A stretch of DNA of 64,000 bases. It comes from Octopus sinensis (Eukaryota). Numbering within the stretch: position 1 is the first letter of the stretch; every line of letters begins with the position of its first letter. This document shows, one piece after another, positions 27,392-40,351 of this stretch. The stretch lies in assembly GCF_006345805.1 (NCBI RefSeq), contig NW_021833440.1, forward strand, positions 1 through 64,000, in the 5' to 3' direction. The notes below the pieces were generated by a model. That model was given only the letters and a program-made list of their open reading frames with translations, searched no databases and was not told where the DNA came from. Position numbers and translations under genes: made by a program.

Positions 27392-28075
27392 CGCTTGACA
27401 ACCGACGTTGGTGTGTTTATGTACCCGTAACTTGGTGGTTCTGCAAAAGAAAATTATCCAGAAAAATTATTGAATTGAAAACCCGACATTTTATTTACTG
27501 CCGACAAGGAGCTGTGCTTGCGCGGTAGATTTGAAAAGTTAGAATGTATAAGCACGGGGCATATACTGGATTGCCACGTGTATATGCATTTAATCTAAGG
27601 TGTACCTGCTGAAGAAGACTTCGCCTAGCAAATTATTTTATTTGCTAAAAAAAGCCTGAAACCATTGGTCCAGGAGTTAGATGGTAAATGTTTTTTATTT
27701 TTCATTCCCTTCGAAATTTTATCCCTAATAGTGGTTTGGAATATAACTGTTCTCTCTAGCGTGCAAGAAGTCCTAATGATGGATGCCTCTTATGTGTTTA
27801 AATGTACATTGTATATGTATATGTATATATATATATATATGTGTATGTGTGTGTGTGTGTGTCTGTCTGTGTCTGTGTGTATGTATGCGTGTTTGTGTCT
27901 TTATTTTCCATTACCGCTTCGTCCCTGTAACTTAGCGGTTCAACCTAGGATACCGATAGAATAACTACCAGGTTAAAAGAATAAGTCGATTCATTCGGAT
28001 AAAATATTCTTGAAGGTGATGCCCCAGCATGGCCGCGCCCTGTTGACTGAAACAAATAAAAGATTAGCGATAAAA
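27186..28075 (+). mobile_element. SINE family B pieces (27186-27450, 27840-28075) surrounding a hammerhead-bearing segment
   Basis: Homology to 36400-36812. Confidence 0.7.
27605..27674 (+). ncRNA. Type I hammerhead ribozyme, predicted cleavage after GUC at 27670
   Basis: Stem I CCTG/CAGG; CTGAAGA 27609-15; stem II GACTT/AAGCC (one mismatch) extended by TAGCAAAT/ATTTGCTA; GAAA 27658-61; stem III CC-att-GG; GTC. Confidence 0.8.
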
Positions 28076-28559
28076 GATATGGAATTAAAGAATTACGTAA
28101 CACAGAATCAACGAAATATAACGATGTGCTTTATTCTTGCTTTGTGTGGGTTTTCTCAATGGAGAAGGGTTTTAAACATAGAACTGTAATAAAAGTTGAC
28201 TGCGGTCAGTGAATCGCTTCTTTTATTTTACATATAAAACTATAGAAGAGCATTTAATTTTTTTAAATAAAAGTTCGTTTTGATAAGAAGAGGATTTCAT
28301 TAATAAACCTTTTATCTTTCGTAATTAGATTCGTGAATTTTTAAATACAAATTTAAATTAATGTCTGTTCATTTCCATTGTTGTCAATATATATTTTCAG
28401 CATATTTTCTTTATTGCTGGTGATATTTTAATAGACCAATGGAATTTATGAGGCATTGACTGCATATCAATGATTTTAATGTGGTTTAACGTGTTCTGAT
28501 TTGGAATCCTGCCGAGGTCAGCGTTGCTTTCATTCTTCCGATGTCGATAAAATTAAATA

Positions 28560-28928
28560 TAGTCATCCCTCGCCATGTCGCGGTTCACCTATCGCGCACT
28601 CAGTACATCGGGGATTTTTCTGGCTAATATATATTCCTTTATTGCCCACAAGGGGCTAAACATAGAGGAGACAAACAAGGACAGACAAAAGGATTAAGTC
28701 GATTACATCGACCCCAGTGCGTAACTGGTACTTAATTTATCGACCCCCGGCGTGCTAACGTTTCTGCCAGCTCACCGCCATTTTTCTGGCTAATATATGT
28801 AAATTTATATCGCGGACTCCTAAGTATTTCAGGGTTTCTGCGGCCGATAGGTATTATATTTCTTTAGATTTCAATTATTTCTGTGGGAGGTTTTAGAAAG
28901 TAACACCTGCGATAGTCGAGTTATTGAG
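28560..28928 (+). mobile_element. Tigger/pogo-like MITE (decayed) interrupted by a SINE A
   Basis: 5' TAGTCATCCCTCG...CGCGGTTCAC terminus; degenerate 3' GCGATAGTCGAG. Confidence 0.5.
28633..28779 (-). mobile_element. Internally deleted SINE A with 19-bp TSD ATTTTTCTGGCTAATATAT
   Basis: TSD at 28614-28632 and 28780-28798; head joined to central domain at a CCC microhomology. Confidence 0.85.
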
Positions 28929-28932
28929 TTTA

Positions 28933-30129
28933 TTGGGATGTCAGGTAAATTTGTTCGTTCTTTTTCTGTTTATTTTAATACTCCCTTTTCATGAACATTT
29001 TAAATAAAACAAACTGTAATATATTCTCCTTCATTGTCCACCCACGACATCTTGCTTAGTTTCCACTAACTAGTCGATGCCTTGACGGTAGAAATCACCG
29101 GGTTTTGTCTCCAAGATTTTATTTAGCCATATTGAACGAAACACCTCGCAAATTGTTGGAAAGCAACTGAAGAATCTGAAGGTGTTCTGTCAGGAGAATA
29201 CTGTCGGTGTGGCAGAACTTCTCAACCAAACTTTTGAATGTATTCGATTCGTTTCAACTAGATTGCCTGGTTGTGTCGGTGCATTTTTTGGACGTAAACA
29301 TATGCATTGGTCGTGCGGCTATTTCCAAGTATTTCGCAGTGGACAAGCATTTCCCAATTCCACCAAACGCAGCAACTTTATCTTGATTCGAGTTGTTGCT
29401 TGCTTGTCGGGTCTCAGCCATTCGTTCTTCTGTTTTATATTGATGTAAAAACATCATTTTCATTACAAGTAACAATGCAGTAAAGAAATCTGTCTGTATC
29501 CACGAGTGGCTTTTGGTATCGAGCGAGTAAACGGGCGGTGACAAAGGAGGAGCGTTGGAGCTTGGCTCTTTCGTTCAGAGTGTGTGGTACCCATGCACTG
29601 CGTTTTTGGACGTTGCACATCGCGTAAAGGTGACGGACAACAGTATCATGATGACATCCAATCTATATCCAATCTGCTGGGACAATTCCTTTGCGGAATA
29701 GCGAGAATTATTGTGGATGGGTTCGCTCAATTGATCCTCACTGAAGTGAACAGGTTGGCCGGAATGTGAAGAGTCTGTGAGGTGGAATTTCTCCTCCTTG
29801 AAACGTGAAAACCATTTCTAAGCAGTTCTTTCAGCAATAGCACCTTCTTCGTAGACAACCCAAATATCTCCAGCGCCTTTGGAACCTTTTGAATCTTGAC
29901 TGAAAGCGAAGAGAAACAGTTACCGAAAATGCTCATTTTTGTCCTCTTGGCACTCATTGTCGTATGTCTTGGAAGAGGTAAAAATATAATCAAATTTCAA
30001 AAGCGATTAATAGCACTCGTAGAAGACCAGCAAACCTACAAAACCCAATAAAGTAATACAATAAAAATGTTTTTCGTGTTAATTCAAAAAACATTTGAAA
30101 GAAATGAACGAATTTATCTGATAATTCAA
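28933..30129 (-). mobile_element. Decayed mariner (Tc1/mariner) DNA transposon, transposase pseudogene
   Basis: WVPHTL and FLYCIVTCNE motifs (cf. WVPHEL, FL..IVTGDE); imperfect ~28-bp TIRs TTGGGATGTCAGGTAAATTTGTTCGTTC / TTGAATTATCAGATAAATTCGTTCATTT; ~1.2 kb. Confidence 0.8.
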
Positions 30130-30549
30130 CAATAATTTAGTACATGTTTTGTGTGACTGCACTTAACCATTTCCCTAATTCGAAACCCTTTGCATTTGTT
30201 GAAAACCAGCATTTGTTGTGAATTCCAATCCCAACAAAGTCAATTTCACCTTTCAGTTCCTGGGGTCGATGTTTATAATTACCTGTCGAATACTGGGAAC
30301 AGTTGAATTCATTGCTCATGGTTAATATGCCTATTAGAAATCAATATGAATGTGAGTACAGTGTAGGGATTTCTGCACAGTTAAAACGTATTTTGTCTCG
30401 GACCCAAGAATTTATCCTCAAAATTTGGACTTCCCTTTGTCTATAGACATGATTCTGAATCCTCTTGCACGAGATGGCTGTTGTTTTTTTTCAATTCTAC
30501 GAAGCATGGTTGTATAACAATTTTTCATTTCATTACATAGTTCTTTACA

Positions 30550-31720
30550 TTTTTATGGAACTCTACAAGGTCTTTTGAAATGCAGGAGTTGGGGACAGTA
30601 GAAGGCTGACAGTAGACGGTAGTAGAATTGGGCAGTAAGGCGGCGAGCTGGCAGAAACGTTAGCCCTCCGGGCGAAATGCTTAGCGGTATTTTGTCTGTC
30701 TTTACGTTCTGAGTTCAAATTCCGCCGAGGTCGACTTTGCCTTTCATTCTTTGGGGGTCGATTAAATAAGTACCAGTGACGCACTGGGGTCGATATAATC
30801 GACTTAATCCGTTTGTCTGTCCTTGTTTGTCCTCTCTGTGTTTAGCCCCTTGTGGGTAGTAAAGAAATAGGTATTTTGTCTGTCTTTACATTCTGAGTTC
30901 AAATTCTGCCGAGGTCGACTTTGCCTTTCATCCTTTCGGGGTCGATAAATAAAGTACCAGTTACGCACTGGGGTCGATATAATCGACTTAATCCGTTTGT
31001 CTGTCCTTGTTTGTCCCCTCTGTGTTTAGCCCCTTGTGGGTAGTAAAGAAATAGGTATTTTGTCTGTCTTTACGTTCTGAGTTCAAATTCTGCCGAGGTC
31101 GATTTTGCCTTTCATCCTTTCGGGGTCGATAAATAAAGTACCAGTTACGCACTGGGGTCGATATAATCGACTTAATCCGTTTGTCTGTCCTTGTTTGTCC
31201 CCTATATGTTCAGCCCCTTGTGGGCAATAAAGAAATGAGAAGGCTGACAAACCAATGTTCCATAGAATGGTCAGCTTCTTTCACATTCACAAGTGATTGA
31301 GTCAGTGTTGGGGCCCTATTTGACAAAAGCAATGTTTTGGTCGACCTTTAACTCGTCCTTAGATGGCTGAGTATCTTCAACTGAACCCATGGTGCTTCTT
31401 AGCCAGAAAAGAGGTCTCTAGCAGGAGGTAATCCCATGCAGGTGGGCCCATTCTCATGCTTTTTTCCATCTAGAGTTGCAGTCAATTTTCTTCCTGAGAT
31501 CTTGTTAGGGGCTGGACATGGATTTGGGAGTTTATTGACGTTGTTGTTATCGTTGGTTGTTGCGCAACAGTCAACAATAACAACGATGACGAGGACAAGT
31601 ACGATGTCACTTGGAGATTCTGTGTCAGATTTATTAGGAAGAGAAAATGAGATTGTACTATGTCGATGCAGCTTTGCAGAGATATTAGCCCACACAAATA
31701 AAAATTATGGGAAAAAGCTT
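30550..31720 (-). mobile_element. Probable Vingi/Ingi-like LINE remnant, interrupted by SINE trimer
   Basis: Broken reading LPPARDL...W...LSHLRTS...CEC..ADHSMEHWF resembles LPPG..L...W..LNRLRTG...C.C...QTM.H. Confidence 0.4.
30638..31236 (+). mobile_element. SINE family A trimer (one head plus three 184-bp units)
   Basis: Units start at 30686, 30870 and 31054; flanking repeat AGAAGGCTGACA at 30600 and 31238. Confidence 0.9.
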
Positions 31721-32434
31721 TGATCGGTGTCAGGGAATATTGTCAGAACATTCATTTCAGATCTAGTTTATGCCGTTATATTTTATAATAAATACTTTAG
31801 AAAGACGAAATTACATGGCGAGTTTGAATGAGGAGAGTTATAATAAATAAATACTAATATAATTGAGAATTAGTGACAATAATGAAGAAACAATAAATAT
31901 ATATATACAATACAACAATAAACGAGAGAATAATATAATAATTATACGAGTAATAAACCATTTCAGAATGAAAGCACAAGCCCACTCGTATTTAATGAGA
32001 GTTGGATAGATAGATAGATAGGGAGAGAGAGAGAGAGAGAGAGAGAGGAGAAAAAGTGATGGAGAGAGAGACAGAGAGGAGAAAAAGTGATGGAGAGAGA
32101 GAGACAGAGAGGAGAAAAAGGGAGGAAGAGAAATGCTCTGTCGTGTGACAGTTCTGTGATAAAAACTGTTCCTGAAGCTGGTTTTCTTGCCATGCAAATT
32201 CCAGCAACGTTTCCTTGGTAGGAGGTGGTCATCAGCGTAAGGAAGGAATTATAAACGCAACTGTCTCTTCAATTCTTGTACTGTTTTCGCGAACAGATTC
32301 TTCACGAAGACAACCAGCAAGCCTTTACGTCAAGAAGGCCTTTAGTATCAGGAATGGTGAGACGTACATAAGAACTCGTAGTCACGTCTGTATTGAGAGA
32401 AAAATAATGAATCTTTAATTTTACTAATTCATAC

Positions 32435-32848
32435 TCTTTACTTACTTGTTTCAGTCATTTGACTGCGGCCATGCTGGAGCACCGCCTTTAGTCGAGCAAA
32501 TCGACACCAGGACTTATTCTTTGTACGCTTTAGTACTTATTCTGTCGGTCCCTTTTTCCTGAACCACTAAGGTACGGGGACGTAAACACACCAGCATCGG
32601 TTGTCAAGCGATATTGAGGGGACAAACACAGACCCACAAACACACACACACACATATATATATATATACATATACATATATACGACGGGCTTCTTTCAGT
32701 TTCCGTCTACCAGATCCATTCACAAGGCTTTGGTCGGCCCGAGGCTATAGTAGAAGACACTTGCCCAAGGCGCCCCGCAGTGGGACTGAACCTGGAACCA
32801 TGTGGCTGGTAAGCAAGCTACTTACCACACAGCCACTCCTGTGCCTAT
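32435..32848 (-). mobile_element. SINE family B
   Basis: Homology to 36400-36812. Confidence 0.9.
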
Positions 32849-33171
32849 AAATATGTAACTTATATTAAATCATTGCTTTGGTTTTTAGGATTAAACTCTT
32901 TTTGCTATTTTCTTTTTCATTTCTACACTGTATCAACAAGTGGGGCGAAATTTCTCCAGCGGTCAAGGAGTTTGCCACCTCTGGTTTATTGTCTCTCGAC
33001 CTGCTAGAAATAACAACCGAAATTCTCTGAAATCACACATCCCGTGTTTTAAATTAAAAAGAAAAATGAAACATTTGGATCACGTAAAAAGAAAGTTAGT
33101 CACAACAGGAACGTCTTCAATTGTAGGATTGTTTGATCAAGGCTGACCCGTGGCTAAGCAACAACATCAAA

Positions 33172-33234
<63 letters not shown>

Positions 33235-33367
33235 GCTACTGCTGCTGCATCTGCTGCTACTGCATCTGCTGCTACTGCATCTGCTGCTACTGCATCTGCT
33301 GCTACTGCATCTGCTGCTACTGCATCTGCTGCTGTTGCTGCTACTGTTGCTGCTGCTGCTGCTGCTG

Positions 33368-33412
<45 letters not shown>

Positions 33413-33413
33413 T

Positions 33414-33448
<35 letters not shown>

Positions 33449-33459
33449 TACTACTACTA

Positions 33460-33510
<51 letters not shown>

Positions 33511-33552
33511 CTACTACTACTACTATACTACTACTACTACTACTACTACTAC
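33172..33552. repeat. (CTA)n/(CTG)n trinucleotide array with 15-bp GCTACTGCATCTGCT units
   Basis: Direct reading. Confidence 0.95.
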
Positions 33553-34298
33553 AGATTCCTCAATAGCAACCTCCGATGAGGACACAACAATCCTGATTCC
33601 TTCAACATCACCAAGGACACAATTACAACGCCTATATCATGAAAACGCTCGCTCAACACCTCACCCTTTCTACACACCAGCATCATATATTATAAACCCC
33701 TGAATAAATGCTAAGTATTAAGATGCCCCCCTGTGTAATCTCACAAATGTAAACTCCTCTCTAAATACTAGACTCCTCAATATCTGAAGATCTCTCTTGT
33801 CCATCCCAAATGTACAGCAATGCCGTAACTGGAGGGTTTCTTAGTGGTCTGGTCTTGAAGGAAGTGGGTTGTATTCATGGCCAACGCAAACCTTCTGAAA
33901 CGAATGAGATCGATACAGTTGAAGTCTTCTTCAACGGCAGTTAGTCGACGGTTGTATTCCGACAGGGAAAGAATCTCAGAGAAGATTCCTATTTAGGGCC
34001 AAGAAAATACTTCAGCATTGCTCAATTGCTGATCACTTTGTAAAGCTTAGTTAAGTAACATATCAAAATGCTTTTCACAATCCTAGGAAATTGCTGCTGT
34101 TATATGTAGTCTTTTATTCATTTTGTTATACTTGTTTCAGTCATTTGATTGCAAACATGCTGAAGCACCGCCTTTTATCGAAGAAATTGACCCCAGGACT
34201 TATTCTTTGTAAGCCTAGTGCGTATTCTGTCGGCCTTTTTTGTCGAACCGCTAAATTAGAGGACTTAAATACACCAATACATATACACATGTGTATAT

Positions 34299-34334
<36 letters not shown>

Positions 34335-34339
34335 AAAGA

Positions 34340-35345
34340 AAAATAGGAACTGAAAATGCAGTGCGAATAGTTAAAATATTTTTTATTAATATATTTGGAG
34401 CTTTAATCGGTTTCACAGTTTACATTGATTTTCAAAAACTTCAAATAAGAAGACGTGACTTATGTCGCAGCTGCCTTGCTTCTGTCTAGTGTTTGAAGCT
34501 TGCCCTGTTGTTATAGAGAGTTCATGGCTCAAATTAGTATATGTTTTGAATAGGATTTGATTGGTGGAGGATAGTCACATGACTGGTTTTAGAATTTTTT
34601 TGAAGGTTCCCCGCTACGTCCTGTTATTAGCATCAAGTTACAGTTTTTGGCGTCGTAAGTTAAGGCTGACACAGTTGACTGAACAAGTCCAAACAAGTAA
34701 TACTCTGAATGTCTTCTCTCAAGTGTTCGTAGAGAATGAACACATGATTAAATTTATTACCTTTTGTACGTTTGCCGCTACGTCCGTGTGTTAGTTTCAC
34801 GTGACAGTATATTTTGCGCCTAAAAAGAAGGCCAGTACGGTTGAGTGAACATGTTTAGCTAAAATCTGGTGGGAGAGTGAACAGGAGTCGTTTGTATGTA
34901 ATCCAATGGCTAAAGTTTGGGTTATTAGCTGTGTAGCTTCCCCATGATAAGTGACAGAAAGAATTTTGTGTGTGAATAGTTATTTGTGTATGTAATCTGT
35001 TAAAGTTTGTTATGTCTTGGATTTATTTTTTGCACATATGTCTATGTGACGACTCAGTAGAATCTGTCTAGTACTGGGGTTTCGTATTTGTTGTCGGTGA
35101 ATAGTCAGTCTATTTGTTAGAGTAAGCTTTGTTTGACCTATATACTCTTCATTACATCCTTGACATTTGATAGCGTATATTAGATTCCTTGAACAACATG
35201 TAAAGTGATTTTTTTACGGTAGAACTCTGTTCTAATTTGAATTTGTATGTTGTGTCTTCAGTAAGGTTGATGCAGGTCCCGCAATTAAGGCGGCCACATT
35301 TTTTTACTGTTAGTGTAGGAATTGTGGAAGGGAATTTAGCACTTG
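34340..35345 (-). mobile_element. Penelope-like element 3' fragment (GIY-YIG endonuclease plus 3' terminal region)
   Basis: 35340-35015 translates KKCGRLNCGTCINL...FTCCSRNLIYAIKCQGCNEEYIGQTKLTLTNRLTIHRQQI; ends with hammerhead-like motif, AATAAA and (TA)n. Confidence 0.85.
34394..34445 (-). ncRNA. Variant or decayed minimal hammerhead in PLE terminus
   Basis: tttgaagttt TTGAAAA t CAat gtaa acTG t GAAA CCGA TT aaagctccaaa; stem I partner present, core altered. Confidence 0.5.
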
Positions 35346-36399
35346 TGTGGAATTTTTTGAGGGACTTTCATTGTCTTTTACTTTAATGCCTTAACAACTA
35401 AATCATAGATGTGCTGTGCTTTCTCCATGCTACTTTTTCTGCTAGTGTAACGGCATTTGCTTATCTAAATTATCAGCTTCCACCTCTAAACCCCTTAATA
35501 TGCTTGTATATTCTCACTTCATCACCCTTAACTTTGCATTATTTTCGAATTCAACAGATTAAAGAACAGAGTTATTGTATATTCATAATATTGTTGTTGT
35601 TTAGTGCATCTGGGTCAAACTTATTTTTTAAGACAGCATGATAGAGTTTGGAGATTTCGTTGCTAGTTTTTGCAGCTAGAGCGACCGTATATGAACTCCT
35701 TTCTCAGCTTACATTTCTACAGCGATTTTTTCATACAGGCATTGATTTACAGAGGTTTAAAATAAATGACAACTGAAATAATTTTCACCAATCTAGATGA
35801 AAATCTGCAACGGTAAAAACCTCCACTAATCTTCATCAGGCCATAAACATAAAATCCTGGAACAGCTTTGAAGGACCAGCGCTTCGCTTTGTTTTCTTAG
35901 CATTAAGCAGATTAACGTTAGACCGTCCTTCGATAGTATACTAATATTTCATTGTACATCTCGCACACATACATGCACGCATACACACATATACGACGGG
36001 CTTCTTTCAGTTTCCGTCTACCAAATTCACTCACAAAGCATTGGTCGGTCCGGGGCTATGGTAGAAGACGCTTGCCCGAGATGAAAGGCAGTGAGAATGA
36101 ACCCGAAACCACGTGGTTGCAAAACCAGCTTTTTAACCACACAGCCACGCTTGCGCCTATGATATTAGGATTTTTAAAATCTTGCTGTGTCTAGAAGAGG
36201 CGGTGCCAATGAGCCTTGCAGATCTTCCGGTGAGTTGGTGCCATTAATGTTTTCTTTAAACAATTGTGGGTCAACATCTCTCGGAAATACACAGGCAACG
36301 AAGTGATTCACAAAATCCAATTGTTTGGAATTAGAACTGGACATATTGGTTTGTACATATTCTGGGATATGTGGACTCAATAAGGGCATATATTCCACT

Positions 36400-36812
36400 G
36401 GTTGTGTGGTAAGTAGCTTGCTAACCAACCACATGGTTCCGGGTTCAGTCCCACTGCGTGGCATCTTGGGCAAGTGTCTTCTGCTATAGCCCCGGGCCGA
36501 CCAATGCCTTGTGAGTGGATTTGGTAGACGGAAACTGAAAGAAGCCCGTCGTATATATGTATATATATATATATGTATGTAAGTGTATGTGTGTTTGTGT
36601 GTCTGTGTTTGTCCCCCTAGCATTGCTTGACAACCGATGCTGGTGTGTTTACGTCCCCGTCACTTAGCGGTTCGGCAAAAAAGAGACCGATAGAATAAGT
36701 ACTGGGCTTACAAAAGAATAAGTCCCGGGGTCGATTTGCTCGACTAAAGGCGGTGCTCCAGCATGGCCGCAGTCAAATGACTGAAACAAGCAAAAGAGTA
36801 AAAGAGTAAAGA
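36400..36812 (+). mobile_element. SINE family B (young, near-consensus)
   Basis: TGTGTGGTAAGTAGC A-box, GGTTCAGTCCC B-box, TTGGGCAAGTGTCTT, (GTAAAAGA)n tail. Confidence 0.9.
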
Positions 36813-37057
36813 GAATATAAAACAAGAACAGTCAGAACTGTTCTTATTTTCAGTGAATCCAGTACCAACTCCTCTTCAAATGCTAAATAATGTTTTACTG
36901 TAGTGTACTCTTGTAGATAAGTTTCATCTATTTAACACGTTGTAATTGGCAATGGCTAGAAATGAAAAACATCGAAAAGTGCAGATATAATCCATGAATA
37001 AAGCTGTAAGTCTACGATATACTAATGTGACTGTATTGTTCGATAAATAGGTTGATT

Positions 37058-37277
37058 ACTCTTTTACTCTTTTACTTGTTTCAGTCATTTGACTGCGGCC
37101 ATGCTGGAGCACCGCCTCTAGTCGAGCAAATCGACCCCGAGACTTATTCTTTGTAAGCCCAGTACTTATTCTATCGGTCTCCTTTTTTGGCCGAACCGCT
37201 AAGTGACAGGGACGTAAACACACCAGCATCGGTTGTCAAGCAATGCTAGGGGGACAAACACAGACACACAAACACAT

Positions 37278-37362
<85 letters not shown>

Positions 37363-37545
37363 TACGATAGGCTTCTTTGAGTTTCTGTCTACCAAATCCA
37401 CTCACAAGGCATTGGTCGACCCGGGGCCACAGCAGAAGACACTTGCCCAAGATGCCACGCAGTGGGACTGAACCCGGAACCATGTGGTTGGTTAGCAAGC
37501 TACTTATCACACAGCCACTCCTGCGCCTATAGCCACTCCTGCGCC
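37058..37545 (-). mobile_element. SINE family B with duplicated 5' end
   Basis: AGCCACTCCTGCGCCTAT twice at about 37512-37547. Confidence 0.9.
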
Positions 37546-38618
37546 TATTGACTAATAATAAAGTTAATATCATTGACGTTAGAGAGAAGACATTGAACCA
37601 AAAGAGTAACTTAAAAAGATTGTGAATAGAAAATGAAAAATATCACGTATATAAATTTAAATAGAGAAATATATATATGTAAATCAGGAAATTGTCGATT
37701 TTTCATTCTCCTCAGTTCTAACAAATAGATATGCAAATGATATTTAAAAAAAAATGCGTGATGTCAATGAAACAAGAAGATGAAAAAAATAAAAGATGGA
37801 TTCCGTCACCGAATGACGTAGGTGTGATGTCTGCAGTGAAATAAGAAATAATAGACACTTATTATTAAAAAAGACAATTAAAGCTATTGAAGACAGCTGA
37901 TTACACAAATACTAAAGCAGCGATGTAGCATCAACTCAACCATTGGTTGCAAAACTTATAGAAATGTTTTGATGGATGCGTTTGTAATCTGAGCGGTGAG
38001 TATATCTCGCCGCTTGGTTAAAATACTTGCCTGGTCCACGAGTTCCTTTAGCAAATTCGTTCTACTCCACTCGTTCGGACCAGGCTCGCGGTAGGTAGCT
38101 TCCAAGATCTCTCGACGCACTTTTATACTTTTATACTTTTATACTTCCCAAGATGTCAGAAATTGGAACTAAACCCGCTGCTCAAACCTTCACTCATTTT
38201 TCGAAAATCTACAGCTTCCGGTGTCCACCCTAGATCTAATTCACCAACTCTTACTAAGACGCGACCAACATCTCACCAATTCTTTTCTGAGACATAAATC
38301 TCTCAACTCCAATCTACAAACCCGTCCCTGCAATCCAAGCTACACTCTTTACTTAAACTTCACTCCAAAGAGTGATGTCTGCACATTCATAGACTCCACT
38401 TTCCCCGATACTTACATCTCTCGTTTTCTTTTTCTTTCTTTTTTATTTTTTTACTTGTTTCAGACATTAGACTGCGGCCAGGTCTGGACTTACAGACACT
38501 CTGTCTCCTCTTTGTGAATTTTCTACCGCTACCACAATGGTCTATGCTCCTAGGAACTAGATGATTTCGTGTCACCTCTATTCTCGACTCACACGCTGTG
38601 AAGGAGCGTGGCTTAGTG

Positions 38619-38920
38619 GTTAGGGTATTCTGTTCACGGTCATGTAGTCATGAGTTCGATTCCCGGCGGCGCGTTGTGTCCTTGGGCAAGACACTTTATT
38701 TCACGTTGCTCCAATCCAGTCAGCTAGCAGAAATGAGTTGTACCTGTAATTCAAATGACCACCCAGCTCACATTCTGTGTGACGCTGAACCACCCTGAGA
38801 ACTACTTCCGGGATAGGCGTGTCTGTGGAGTGTTCAGCCACTTGCACATTAATTTCACGAGCAGGCTGTCCCGTGGATAGGATCAACTAGAACCCTCATC
38901 GTCATAGCCGGCAGGGAGCC
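38619..38920 (+). mobile_element. SINE with D head and C tail
   Basis: Homology to 21829-22143. Confidence 0.8.
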
Positions 38921-39716
38921 AGGTGACTCATTCGCTTCTCCTTCTCCCTTCTCCCATGTTGTGTTCAATCTTCTCCCTTCTCACCACTAACCCCTAAGCC
39001 AAATCCTTCCTTCTTAGATCGTCGGTCTACTGTAACTTCCTTTCTTGCGGTGGTTAATTTGCCACTCCAGACTCCCTTGTTACTCCGACCAATGAAGGTC
39101 TGTAGAAAACGACCATCACTCTATGGCCCCCTGTGAACAAGGTCACAGTTGAAGATCTCCAATAGTATCCTCTACCTGTCCCTTTCATCTCTTCCCCTAT
39201 CGCAACTGGACTGATGAAGAAAGTGTGATGATGGGGATGCTGGTATCTAGATTTGCTGAACAAACATTACGATGAATATTATTATGGTGGACACGTATCA
39301 TTGTAGTGTGCAGAGCCTGTCCCACTCTTTTGTCTGTCAAACTTGTATTGGTTTGGTGCAACATTTGCCACGAGCCCAGTGGTTACCAGGATGCAAGGTT
39401 TGTAAAGATTTACCTTCTCTTGGATGAGAAGCTAAAGAGCTGAAGGGCTCCGTCTGCTTTTGATTCGTTTAGGTGTCTGTCAGTGACCATCTTCTAGAAG
39501 CAATTCCATGACATGCTGGTTAACTCGTAGATGGGGCCCTGGATGGTGCTACTACGACGGGTCAGATTAGAACTAGGAACAATAAGATTAGAACCAGAAC
39601 TTGGAACAATAGTGACTAAGAAGTGGTTTCTCACCCTTCAAAACCTTGGCATTCCACCACCAGGGCTCCACTGCTGGATGCGGTGTAATATCATTCCTGA
39701 GTATGACAGTCCAAAC

Positions 39717-39910
39717 TGCTGGTTCTCAATCTTTTATGTTCAGGGCAGATTCAAAACCTGGACTTTTTTAGGGTGCTGCGCCAACAAAAGTAAAACACAA
39801 GCCATTTAAAGAAAAAAATATAGTATTTATAAAGGGAAGACCGTCGAGGGCCGACAAAAGAATGCTTGAGGGTCACTTGCGTCCCTGGGAGCCGTGGTTG
39901 AGAACTGATG
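39717..39910. mobile_element. hAT/Charlie-like MITE
   Basis: Terminal GGTTCTCAA / TTGAGAAC inverted motifs resembling CAGTGGTTCTCAAC-type ends. Confidence 0.5.
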
Positions 39911-40265
39911 ATCTAAGCGTTTCGTTAACGGCATCAGTTCTACTAATCTTGTCGGAGCTGCTTCTGCGAAGTACACGAACACTGTCCATTCCTCCAAATA
40001 TATAGCAAAAAAAAAAAAAGAATGAAAATATTTTCCATCATTTGATAAAGTAGGTATGACATCGCTGTTGAAATGTTAAACAATAAAGTTTTCTTTTATT
40101 TCAAAGACAAAAAAACAATACAATACAAAACAAAGATACTATTGTTACTCGACTCCTACTCATCCGGTGGTTGAAAAAAGTCATAGAGATGCTTTTGGTA
40201 GATGCTTTGTATGATAGCTTCTCTTTTATCATCTGAAGATTGCGAGTACATTTACCCAGTTGTTG

Positions 40266-40350
<85 letters not shown>

Positions 40351-40351
40351 G

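Noticed and set aside
30686-31236. CRISPR-like regular repeats
   Set aside because: 184-bp contiguous SINE units without unique spacers or cas genes, in a eukaryotic context
33555-33830. Possible LINE C-terminal remnant (TLAQ...CPLC)
   Set aside because: Too decayed to assign by eye
35778-35842. CTGATGA...GAAA on minus strand
   Set aside because: No stem I partner or convincing stem III
36195-36960. Possible Helitron PIF1 helicase remnant (VFP...LMAPTH on minus strand)
   Set aside because: Only short frameshifted motifs; needs tBLASTn or HMM support
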